A DNA stretch of 64,000 bases from Candidatus Woesearchaeota archaeon (GTDB lineage: Archaea > Nanobdellota > Nanobdellia > Woesearchaeales > JAGVYF01): the NCBI GenBank assembly GCA_041650315.1, contig JBAZLJ010000001.1:141237-205236 (forward strand), in the 5' to 3' direction. Below the pieces are notes generated by a model, which saw nothing but the letters and a program-made list of their open reading frames with translations, did not search any database and was not told where the DNA came from. Numbering within the stretch: position 1 is the stretch's first letter; every line of letters starts with the position of its first letter. Below, in pieces: positions 1 through 8,462 of the stretch. Both the position numbers and the translations under genes were made by a program.

Positions 1-3000
1 GATGTGAAATTGAATCTTGTGCTTGCAGTAACTGATTTTGTTTCATTTTGCGTCCAAATTGTCGGCCAAGTTCCGTATAATGTACAGCTTCCAGTTTTTG
101 TGGATATTGCTGAGAATGTGTATGATAATCTGTCATTAGTGTAATTGACCAAATTGGTTACGTTTAATGCTATAGTTCCTGTTATTGTCAGCGGAAGATA
201 ATCAGTATTATTTGGATCTCCATTTATTGAATAAGTTGTATCACATATTCCGTTGCCATTTGTATCTGCACATAATTCGCTGAAGCCCGAGCCATTCGTA
301 AGCGTCCAATAATTACCACCAATGTAATCGTCATTCTTTATATTCGTGCGTAGCGTATATGATGTGTTCCATGCGTTATAATACCCGTGAGTTACACCAT
401 TCCCTAGATAGTAATAGAAATTGTCTAAAGAACTATTGAAATAGTTGTTATATACATTACAATTTTCGCAATAATATGGTTCTAATGCATAAGTATTATT
501 GATTATAATATTAAATGAAATTTCATTGTTATACCCATTCATATAAATTCCAATAGAATTATTTCTTATTGTGTTGTTTATTATTTTGTTATAATTTCCT
601 TCAGCGTATATCGCATGACTTTCAGGATCAATAAGAGTGCCGTCAAATGTGCAATCTGTAATGTTATTGTAATCGCCATACATCTCTACCCCCTCATAAT
701 AATTATCTAAAAATGTAGAGTTTGTGACTGACATATAGTCAACTAAACTAAGTCCGGCATATTGATTGTTTGTGAAGGTGCATCCGGTAATGGTCTGATT
801 ATACATTGGATTAGTGCTAAAATAAAGGCCATAATACGCGTTATTGATGAAATTGCAATTGACAAATGCATTATTGTTTCCATTGCCGTATAAAGTAGTC
901 ATAAATGCTCCATCTCCACTCGTATCTATGGTTAATCTTTCAAAATAGTTGTTATATCCTTCAAGCCAAGGACCATCAACATTATGACTATCTATGACAT
1001 TGATTACTTTTACATCTATTATTCCATCAAAATACATACCATTGTCGTCATTTCCACTGAAATTAGAATCGAATACATTGGTATGGTTGGTAAATTTCAA
1101 TTGAAGTCCATATCTTGTTGAGTTGGCAAAAAGAGAATTGATAATGGAATTATTATCGCCTAATTCAATCCAATTGCCGTCGTTTAGATAGAATTGAGAA
1201 TTAATTATAGTTACGTTCTTAACAACTGTTGTAAAAAATCCATGATCTCCAGTAGTGGTTACGTTTAATGATTCAAATCTCAAACCATTTACATATTGAG
1301 CATATATCCCCATATTACTGAATTCACTTATTGTACAATTAACTATTTTGATATCAGATATCCATGCAGTCGGTGAGGTGTATACATCTATTCCATCATA
1401 ATTGCCAGCTAAATTACTATCAATTCGGTAGCCTCTGCAGTCTAACGTGATATTGCTTGCAGTTATCCTCATACATGTACTCGCTTGATTCATTATATCT
1501 GCATTAAGATAATAAACTGTATTTGGAATACTCATCGTAATACAGGTTGTGATTGTTTTATTTGGGACATATACCTGACTTGTAGAACTATTGATACTCC
1601 ATACTACATTTCCGGAAATATCTGAGCAGTTAATTCCCCATGAATACGCAAAGCCATTCGGCGGGAATGTAATTGATGTGAAATTGAATCTTGTATTTGC
1701 GGTAACTGCTTTTGTTTCATTGATTGCCCATGATCCTGACCAATTACCGAATAAACTGCATGATCCAGTTTCGTTAGATTGCGCAGAAAATATGAATGTT
1801 TGCCAGTCATTACTATAATTCTTTACATTTGAAATTCCTGGTGCGATTGAATCAACTATAAATAGGCTATAATTTCCTTCTGAGCTCCATGCTAGATTTG
1901 AAGAATTGTCATATCCTAAGCAGTTCCATGTATAATTTCCATAAGAGGACAAATTTATATTCCAAGAACTTAAGTTAGAAGTTCCTGATAAAGATGAAGA
2001 ATACCCTTCATATTTCAATAATCCTGATTTGTCTACTACTGCCGGAAGGTGAGAAGCTACATAGATATTACCTAATTTATCTGAGGCAATGCCTGAACCC
2101 CAACTTCCGGTCTCAGAAAGATAACCTACTGTTTTGTTCCAGATGTTATTGCCATTTGAATCATATTTAACTGTCCATCCATAAGTTGGTGCCTGGCCAG
2201 TGATATAAAAATTCCCTGCAGAGTCTGTAGCGCCGGCTAAAGCTGTATCTGAATAAGGTGAGCCGAATGTTCTGTTCCACAATTGATTACCATTAGAATT
2301 AAACTTAATTGTCCAATAATCATCCATTCCTGCGCCTGACTGATTTGTAATTCCAGCTACATAATAATTTCCTGCATAGTCAAAGGATATGTCCACTCCA
2401 TTGTCAGATAACTCCCCCATGGTTGTATTTGAAATTTGAGTCCCATTTGAATAATATTTTACAATCCAGAGACCTCCCGTTTCAAATGATGAAGTTGTTC
2501 CAACAATGTAAATATTTCCACTACTATCTGTAGCAATTCCCGAACCAATATCGGATCCAGTACCTCCTATAGTATTATTCCATATTTGAGTTCCATTTGG
2601 GTAGTATTTTATGGTCCATACATCCGAATCTCCTGCACCAAATGAATTTGTTGCACCAGTCACTAAAATATTTCCGGAATTATCTTTTGAAATAGCATAG
2701 CCATAATCATTGTCACTTCCCCCTGCGGTTTTATTCCAAATTTGAACGCCATTTGAGTTATACTTAATTGTCCAAAAATCTATATTGCCTGAAGAATTCG
2801 TGTATCCAATCGCATAAATATTCCCTAGATCATCAGTGATAATGCGCCGGGCGTATTCATCATATGATGTTTCCCCTATAGTTTTATTCCATAGCTGATT
2901 TCCAGAAGAATCATCTTTTTCAATCCAAATATCAAAAGGATACCATGTTGTTGGTCCTGATTGGTATCTTACCGTTCCAATGAAGTATACATTTCCATCT

Positions 3001-3377
3001 GAATCTGTAGCCACATCTTGAGGGCTAGTGAAATATCCTGAACCTAATGTAGGCGAATCTCCAGTTAAAGTTTTATTCCAAATCTGAATATTATCGCCTG
3101 TAATGTAATTACCGGATGAATCCCAAACATATAATTCTAGATTGGTTACTTGAGTTTCATCAGTTATATTGCAAGTGAATGTTTGACTAAGGGAAGAGGC
3201 TGTAGTATTATTTGATGGTGATATTAGTTGCACAATTGGCGGAGTAGATTCCATCATTTCGTAGATGCCGAAACCGGTTATCTTTGGCTCGAAGTAGATA
3301 CCGAATCCAATAAAAATCGCTATGAACAAACCTAGTATAATCTTAGAACTATTGTTAACTGGTTCTTCTATCACCAT
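1..3377 (-). CDS. Large secreted/surface protein, partial (C-terminus beyond window start). N-terminal signal/TM segment, ~7 SBBP-type beta-propeller repeats, right-handed parallel beta-helix (NosD/pectate-lyase-like) region, Ig-like repeated modules
   Basis: Manual reverse-complement translation from the ATG at 3377 is open to position 1; it is absent from the ORF track because no stop lies in the window. N-term MVIEEPVNNSSKIILGLFIAIFIGFGIYF. Repeats of the form D.xGN.Y..G.T.S.G....WTIKY.SNGxQIWNKT occur 7 times. Long NxxNNxI/NCxFxNN beta-helix-like region. Motif NETK.VTA.TRFNFTS occurs twice (nt 1-47 vs 1674-1720). Confidence 0.8.
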   Translation of the reverse strand, partial: MVIEEPVNNSSKIILGLFIAIFIGFGIYFEPKITGFGIYEMMESTPPIVQLISPSNNTTASSLSQTFTCNITDETQVTNLELYVWDSSGNYITGDNIQIWNKTLTGDSPTLGSGYFTSPQDVATDSDGNVYFIGTVRYQSGPTTWYPFDIWIEKDDSSGNQLWNKTIGETSYDEYARRIITDDLGNIYAIGYTNSSGNIDFWTIKYNSNGVQIWNKTAGGSDNDYGYAISKDNSGNILVTGATNSFGAGDSDVWTIKYYPNGTQIWNNTIGGTGSDIGSGIATDSSGNIYIVGTTSSFETGGLWIVKYYSNGTQISNTTMGELSDNGVDISFDYAGNYYVAGITNQSGAGMDDYWTIKFNSNGNQLWNRTFGSPYSDTALAGATDSAGNFYITGQAPTYGWTVKYDSNGNNIWNKTVGYLSETGSWGSGIASDKLGNIYVASHLPAVVDKSGLLKYEGYSSSLSGTSNLSSWNINLSSYGNYTWNCLGYDNSSNLAWSSEGNYSLFIVDSIAPGISNVKNYSNDWQTFIFSAQSNETGSCSLFGNWSGSWAINETKAVTANTRFNFTSITFPPNGFAYSWGINCSDISGNVVWSINSSTSQVYVPNKTITTCITMSIPNTVYYLNADIMNQASTCMRITASNITLDCRGYRIDSNLAGNYDGIDVYTSPTAWISDIKIVNCTISEFSNMGIYAQYVNGLRFESLNVTTTGDHGFFTTVVKNVTIINSQFYLNDGNWIELGDNNSIINSLFANSTRYGLQLKFTNHTNVFDSNFSGNDDNGMYFDGIIDVKVINVIDSHNVDGPWLEGYNNYFERLTIDTSGDGAFMTTLYGNGNNNAFVNCNFINNAYYGLYFSTNPMYNQTITGCTFTNNQYAGLSLVDYMSVTNSTFLDNYYEGVEMYGDYNNITDCTFDGTLIDPESHAIYAEGNYNKIINNTIRNNSIGIYMNGYNNEISFNIIINNTYALEPYYCENCNVYNNYFNSSLDNFYYYLGNGVTHGYYNAWNTSYTLRTNIKNDDYIGGNYWTLTNGSGFSELCADTNGNGICDTTYSINGDPNNTDYLPLTITGTIALNVTNLVNYTNDRLSYTFSAISTKTGSCTLYGTWPTIWTQNETKSVTASTRFNFT

Positions 3378-3595
3378 TCTCTGCTTATTTTATTATTATT
3401 TTGTAATATAAATGTTTCTTTTGTGATACTTATATGCTACCAACAGCAAAATGTAGCGAGTTCTATTGTGATTGTGCTATATCGCCGTAGGCTTCTATAA
3501 CGCACGTGATTTCAGAATTGATAACATTTTGAGATGGTTGGTAGCATTTGTAATATGGGTTAACCATCAGTTTTATAAATGATAATTGATAATGA

Positions 3596-4918
3596 ATGCC
3601 TATGCAAATAGAAGTTGGAGATAAGGTGATTGTTAAGTCTAAGAATGGCTCACATGAAGGAATCTATATGCCTTCTGCGAACAAAGACGTTGAAGTAATC
3701 AAGCTGGATTCTGGCTACAATATAGGCATTGACAAGGAGAATGTCACTGAAATTAAAGTTGTGGCTAAGGATAAAGAGCATTTTTCTGTTAAAGTGGATA
3801 AACCTGCGATAAATCCTACTTTACCTTTTGTTTCAATTCTTCATACTGGCGGAACAATCGCTTCTAAGGTAGATTATCAAACTGGCGGAACTGTATCAAG
3901 GTTTACACCAGAAGAATTGCTTGCGATGTTCCCTGAACTCAAACAATATGCGAATATCCGTAGCAGATTGATCAAGAACATGTGGTCGCAGGATATGAGG
4001 TTTGAGCATTACAATCTTATCGCGAAAGAAGTTGAGAAAGAATTGAAGGCGGGCGCCAAAGGTGTGATAGTCACGCAGGGGACTGATACAATGCATTATA
4101 CAAGCGCAGGACTCGCGTTTGTTCTTGAGGGTCTTTCTTCTCCGGTTATCTTGGTTGGCGCGCAACGTAGTTCTGACCGAGGAAGCTCTGACGCTTATAT
4201 GAATTTGATAAATGCGGTATATTTCATTGCGCATTCTGATTTCGGCGAAGTCGGAATATGCATGCATGAGAATATGGATGACAATAATTGCCTGATACTT
4301 CCGGCTACAAAATCGCGCAAGATGCACACTTCGCGTAGAGACGCATTCCGTCCAATCAATACTTTGCCATGGGCGCGCGTGAATTATGCTGGCAAAGAAA
4401 TAACTTATTTGAAGAATGATTATCATAAAGCGGAATCGAATGGTTCTGCTAATAGTAAATTAACACTTAAATTATTCAAAGAGGATATTAAAGTCGCGAT
4501 ACTGAAGCAGACAACAAATATGTATGCTGAACAATTCCTTTCGTACAAAGGTTATTCTGGTTTGGTCATTGAGTCGACTGGTCTTGGCTGTCTTCCGATA
4601 ACTGAAAAAGATGAATCAACTTCTGAATCTGGCAAGATATTCGACGCCGTGAAAACGCTTATCAAAAATAAAGTGGTTGTCGTTGAAGCACCGCAGACAA
4701 TCTACGGACGTCTTGTTTTAAATGTTTATTCAGATCAGCGTCAGGCGCAGGAGATCGGTGTTGTCGGTTGTTTCTCTGACATGACTCCTGAAACTACTTT
4801 CATAAAATTAGCATGGCTGCTCTCGAATCATAATCACGATAAGGCAAAAGAATTACTTTTACAGAATCTGCGCGGTGAAATCACTGAGCAGACTGATCCG
4901 AATACTTTTTTGTATTGA
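3596..4918 (+). CDS. gatD: Glutamyl-tRNA(Gln) amidotransferase subunit D (asparaginase-like domain)
   Basis: 440 aa; HTGGTIASK asparaginase threonine motif, GatD N-terminal domain; TATA box ~20 nt upstream (leaderless). Confidence 0.9.
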   Translation: MPMQIEVGDKVIVKSKNGSHEGIYMPSANKDVEVIKLDSGYNIGIDKENVTEIKVVAKDKEHFSVKVDKPAINPTLPFVSILHTGGTIASKVDYQTGGTVSRFTPEELLAMFPELKQYANIRSRLIKNMWSQDMRFEHYNLIAKEVEKELKAGAKGVIVTQGTDTMHYTSAGLAFVLEGLSSPVILVGAQRSSDRGSSDAYMNLINAVYFIAHSDFGEVGICMHENMDDNNCLILPATKSRKMHTSRRDAFRPINTLPWARVNYAGKEITYLKNDYHKAESNGSANSKLTLKLFKEDIKVAILKQTTNMYAEQFLSYKGYSGLVIESTGLGCLPITEKDESTSESGKIFDAVKTLIKNKVVVVEAPQTIYGRLVLNVYSDQRQAQEIGVVGCFSDMTPETTFIKLAWLLSNHNHDKAKELLLQNLRGEITEQTDPNTFLY

Positions 4919-4935
4919 GAATATAGAGGTAAAAT

Positions 4936-6099
4936 ATGCAAACGAAAGAAAACCTGGTGAATATGTTCCGTTATTTCGCGCATGATAAGATGAGTGAAGT
5001 ATATGTCGCGAACGCGCTGCGTTCATTTGCATTGTCGCTTATTGGATTATTCATCCCGATATTCTTTTTCGAGAAAGCGTTCACTCTTATGCAGATATTT
5101 ATTTTCTATACTTATTATGCAATGTTTTCATTAGTGCTACTTTACTTTGTCACTAGGCTCGCAGTTAGAATCGGTCCTCGATATAATATACTGTTGAGCA
5201 TGCCTTTGATGATAATTACATTCGGCATGATTTATTCAATTGAGATTTACGGCTGGCCATTGCTGCTTATTGCGTTCGTCTATGCATTGGCTGAGAATAT
5301 GTATTGGGTAGCATTCCATGCTGAATTCACGCAGTCATCATGCCAGGAATCCAGATCGAAATCCGTCAGCATGAATTATATGATTGTCACGACACTAAGC
5401 GTAGTTGCGCCGTTGCTTGGCGGTTTAATACTCTATTATTTATCATTCGATTGGCTATTCTTGTTGAGTTCATCATTGTTGTTCTTGGCAGCAATGCCCT
5501 TGCTTTTCTCAAAGGATTTGGAAATCCCTCTTGAAGTAACCAAATTGTCATTTCGCGGGGAGAAAAGGTTCAATGAATTAGGTGTTTTCATGGGCGACGG
5601 CCTTAGATCATGGGCGACCGGTATTATCTGGCCATTTTTCATATTCTTAATTGGCGCAGGCTATGTCGGGCTTGGCGGGATATACTCTGTCGTCAATTTG
5701 GTTGGCGCATTTTTCGGATTGTATGTGGGCAGATTGTGCCTGAGATATACTCCTGAAAAAATATTGAAAATAGGTTCAGTGTCGCACGCTGCATCAATAT
5801 TTGTTCGAGGTTTCATGAGCACCATATTTTCAGCGACCATTGTCACTTGTTTTGGTGCTATATCTTTTGCATTCCTTGACGTGCCATACGCATCAATATT
5901 CTATAATAAAGCAAACCGCGAGGGCGCTTTCAATTTCATATTCATGAGAGAGATGATACTTGCTGCGAGCAGGCTGATTTTTATATTATTAGTTATGGGA
6001 ATATTCTATTACACCGCGGATATCTTCCTGACATTTACACTTGCATTGATAATCGGAAGTATGGGTACATTATGCTATTCATTATTCAAAGATGATTAA
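4936..6099 (+). CDS. Polytopic membrane protein, putative MFS-type transporter
   Basis: 387 aa, ~10-12 hydrophobic helices; inserted between gatD and gatE. Confidence 0.45.
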   Translation: MQTKENLVNMFRYFAHDKMSEVYVANALRSFALSLIGLFIPIFFFEKAFTLMQIFIFYTYYAMFSLVLLYFVTRLAVRIGPRYNILLSMPLMIITFGMIYSIEIYGWPLLLIAFVYALAENMYWVAFHAEFTQSSCQESRSKSVSMNYMIVTTLSVVAPLLGGLILYYLSFDWLFLLSSSLLFLAAMPLLFSKDLEIPLEVTKLSFRGEKRFNELGVFMGDGLRSWATGIIWPFFIFLIGAGYVGLGGIYSVVNLVGAFFGLYVGRLCLRYTPEKILKIGSVSHAASIFVRGFMSTIFSATIVTCFGAISFAFLDVPYASIFYNKANREGAFNFIFMREMILAASRLIFILLVMGIFYYTADIFLTFTLALIIGSMGTLCYSLFKDD

Positions 6100-6104
6100 A
6101 TAAG

Positions 6105-7931
6105 TTGATTCAAATGGAATTAGACTACAAAAAATTAGGATTGAAAGTCGGGCTTGAGATACATCAACAGCTTGATACGCACAAGCTTTTTTGTAGCTGT
6201 CCTTCTGAATTACGCGAGGATAAGCCGGACATAATCGTACGGCGCAAAATCCGCGCAGCCGCCGGCGAGTCTGGTAAGGTCGACATCGCCGCTGAGATGG
6301 AAAAAGATAAGGACATTACTTTTGTATATGAAGCATATTCTGATACTAATTGCCTTGTTGAGCTTGATGAAGAGCCGCCGCATGATATGAATAAAGAGGC
6401 TCTTAATATTGCTTTACAAGTAGCTAAGATGCTGAATGCTCACGTTGTCGATGAGATACAAGTAATGAGGAAGACAATTGCGAATGGTTCTGTCACTTCC
6501 GGATTCCAGCGTACTTCTCTTGTTGCAACTGGTGGGCATATGAAATTTGATTTCGGTTCTGTGGGCGTTCCTACTATAATGGTAGAAGAAGATGCTGCCA
6601 AAGAAGTGTCAAGCACTCCTGATGTCGTCACTTGGCGTCTTGATCGTCTTGGAATTCCATTAATCGAATTAGCCACCACTCCTGACATACATACTCCTGA
6701 GCAAGCTAAAGAAGTTGCTGCTTATATCGGCATGGTCCTTCGTAGCACTGGCAAAGTAAAGCACGGGCTTGGCACTATCCGTCAGGACTTGAACGTAAAT
6801 ATCGAAGGCGCGCAACGTGTTGAATTGAAAGGTGCGCAAGATTTGAAGATGTTGCCGAAAATTGTAGAACTAGAAGTTGTGCGTCAGAAGAATTTGCTGG
6901 ATGTGGCTAAAAAGGTGCATAAGGATATCAAGATTGGTGCTGTTGTTGATGTAACTTCATTTTTTAAATCGTCCGAATCAAAAGTTGTTAAGTCTGCGCT
7001 TGATAATTCAGGCGTTGTTCTTGCGGTGAAATTACCTAAATTGCATGGTCTGCTTGGTCTTGAGATACAGCCTGGCCGTCGCGTCGGTACGGAGCTATCG
7101 GATTGGGCTAAGGCTCGGGCAGGCGTCGGCGGGATATTCCACTCAGATGAGCTTCCGAAGTATGGCATTACTGCATTGGATGTTGAGAATCTGCGCAACA
7201 AATTGGAATGTTCCAAAGAAGATGCTTTCGTCATGATTGCGGATACTGCTGATAAAAGCCAGAAGGCTTTGCACGGCGTTATTGATCGCGCTAAAATGCT
7301 AGAACGCGGGATTGTGAAAGAAGTGCGTAAGGTCAATGCGGACGGCACTTCAAGTTTCATGAGGCTCATGCCTGGCGCTGCGCGTATGTATCCAGAGACT
7401 GATGTTCTTAGCGTTCGTCCTGTTCTTTCGGGCATTGAAACTGCTGAGCTTATTTCAGATAAATCTTTGCGTTTCGAGAAGAAATATGGGCTTGGTAAGG
7501 ATCTTGCTGAGCTTGCTGCTAAGTCTGAGCTTTCTGATACTTATGAAGATTATTGCCGTAAGTTTGTGAATGTTAAACCTGCTTTTATCGCTGAGATTTT
7601 GTTAGGTTCTGTCAAGACTGTGCGTAGCATGTTCGGCGTTGATATTTCTCCAAGTGTTGAAGATTTCCATCTGTTATTCGAATCGCTTGATTCCGGCCTT
7701 ATTGCAAAGGATTCTGTGCTTGAGATATTGAAATTGAACAAACCTGTCAAGTCAGTGATAGATGATTTCAAGATGATGTCTGACGTTGAATTACGCAAAG
7801 AGCTAGAAGCGATTGTTGCGCATAATAAAGCTCTTCCATTCAATGCATTGATTGGCAAAGCCATGGGTAAGCTTAAAGGTAAGGCTGATGGTAAGAAGAT
7901 AGTTGATTTCTTGAAAGAAATGTGCCATTAA
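6105..7931 (+). CDS. gatE: Glutamyl-tRNA(Gln) amidotransferase subunit E
   Basis: 608 aa; N-terminus MELDYKKLGLKVGLEIHQQLDTHKLFCSCP is the characteristic GatE/GatB motif. Confidence 0.9.
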   Translation: MIQMELDYKKLGLKVGLEIHQQLDTHKLFCSCPSELREDKPDIIVRRKIRAAAGESGKVDIAAEMEKDKDITFVYEAYSDTNCLVELDEEPPHDMNKEALNIALQVAKMLNAHVVDEIQVMRKTIANGSVTSGFQRTSLVATGGHMKFDFGSVGVPTIMVEEDAAKEVSSTPDVVTWRLDRLGIPLIELATTPDIHTPEQAKEVAAYIGMVLRSTGKVKHGLGTIRQDLNVNIEGAQRVELKGAQDLKMLPKIVELEVVRQKNLLDVAKKVHKDIKIGAVVDVTSFFKSSESKVVKSALDNSGVVLAVKLPKLHGLLGLEIQPGRRVGTELSDWAKARAGVGGIFHSDELPKYGITALDVENLRNKLECSKEDAFVMIADTADKSQKALHGVIDRAKMLERGIVKEVRKVNADGTSSFMRLMPGAARMYPETDVLSVRPVLSGIETAELISDKSLRFEKKYGLGKDLAELAAKSELSDTYEDYCRKFVNVKPAFIAEILLGSVKTVRSMFGVDISPSVEDFHLLFESLDSGLIAKDSVLEILKLNKPVKSVIDDFKMMSDVELRKELEAIVAHNKALPFNALIGKAMGKLKGKADGKKIVDFLKEMCH

Positions 7932-8085
7932 TTGTTTCTTAGCTGTTTGTGATTGACATTCATATCATTTCAGAGCATATTTATTAAGATGTTGATGGTT
8001 TCAAATCAGTGTTCTGAAGTATATATTTTACTAAATATCTTTTGAAGAAACATTAATATACTAGTTTTACTATATAATTATACAA

Positions 8086-8130
8086 GGAGTGATAGGTAAT
8101 ATGGTTAAGCTACCTATGCAGTATCACTCC
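8086..8130. promoter_or_regulatory. Nested palindrome (candidate operator) overlapping the RHH gene promoter
   Basis: ggagtgata(8086-8094)/tatcactcc(8122-8130) 9-bp inverted repeat enclosing the inner aggta/tacct pair; TATA-like tatataat at ~8072-8079 just upstream. Confidence 0.45.
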
Positions 8131-8150
8131 TGTAAAGTGTTGACCCTTGA

Positions 8151-8336
8151 TTGGTTCAACAGGGTGATCCCATGCTATATGTAAACGTTCCGTTACCAAA
8201 ACCATTGGTGGACAAGATCGATCAGATTATAGCAGACGAGTCTAACAGCTTCAGGAGCAGACCCGATTTTATTCTGCAACACATCAGAGATGTAGTTGAC
8301 AAAGAGATTGAAAAGAAAAAGTTATTGCCTGAATGA
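8151..8336 (+). CDS. Ribbon-helix-helix (CopG/Arc/MetJ-like) DNA-binding protein
   Basis: 61 aa; MLYVNVPLPKPLVDKIDQIIA has a beta-strand then helix pattern typical of RHH; palindromic operator immediately upstream. Confidence 0.5.
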   Translation: MVQQGDPMLYVNVPLPKPLVDKIDQIIADESNSFRSRPDFILQHIRDVVDKEIEKKKLLPE

Positions 8337-8462
8337 GAATATATCTCATAGGTTCCTATTTTTACTATACAGCATAATCTATTATTATCCAATATATCCT
8401 TTATGGATTAGTAAAGTATTTAAAATTAAGATGTCAGAAAATTGACAGGGAGGTTGGGGTAA

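Noticed and set aside
1-1720. Near-identical 47-nt segments at 1-47 and 1674-1720 as a possible mobile element or assembly duplication
   Set aside because: Both lie in the same reading frame of one giant ORF and encode the same protein motif (NETK.VTA.TRFNFTS). This is an internal protein-domain repeat, not an IS or MITE.
3896-4426. Antisense and nested ORFs inside long genes from the six-frame track. Examples: 3896-4426, 5340-5846, 6440-7435, 12980-14323, 14781-15152, 15421-16089, 19974-22022, 22521-23435, 24948-25493, 26616-27188, 28244-28681, 29162-30461, 33287-33728, 34017-34739, 38177-39535, 50669-52276, 55249-55839, 62257-63212.
   Set aside because: Each lies opposite or inside a long ORF with a clear conserved product. 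Compositions are atypical. Taken as shadow ORFs.
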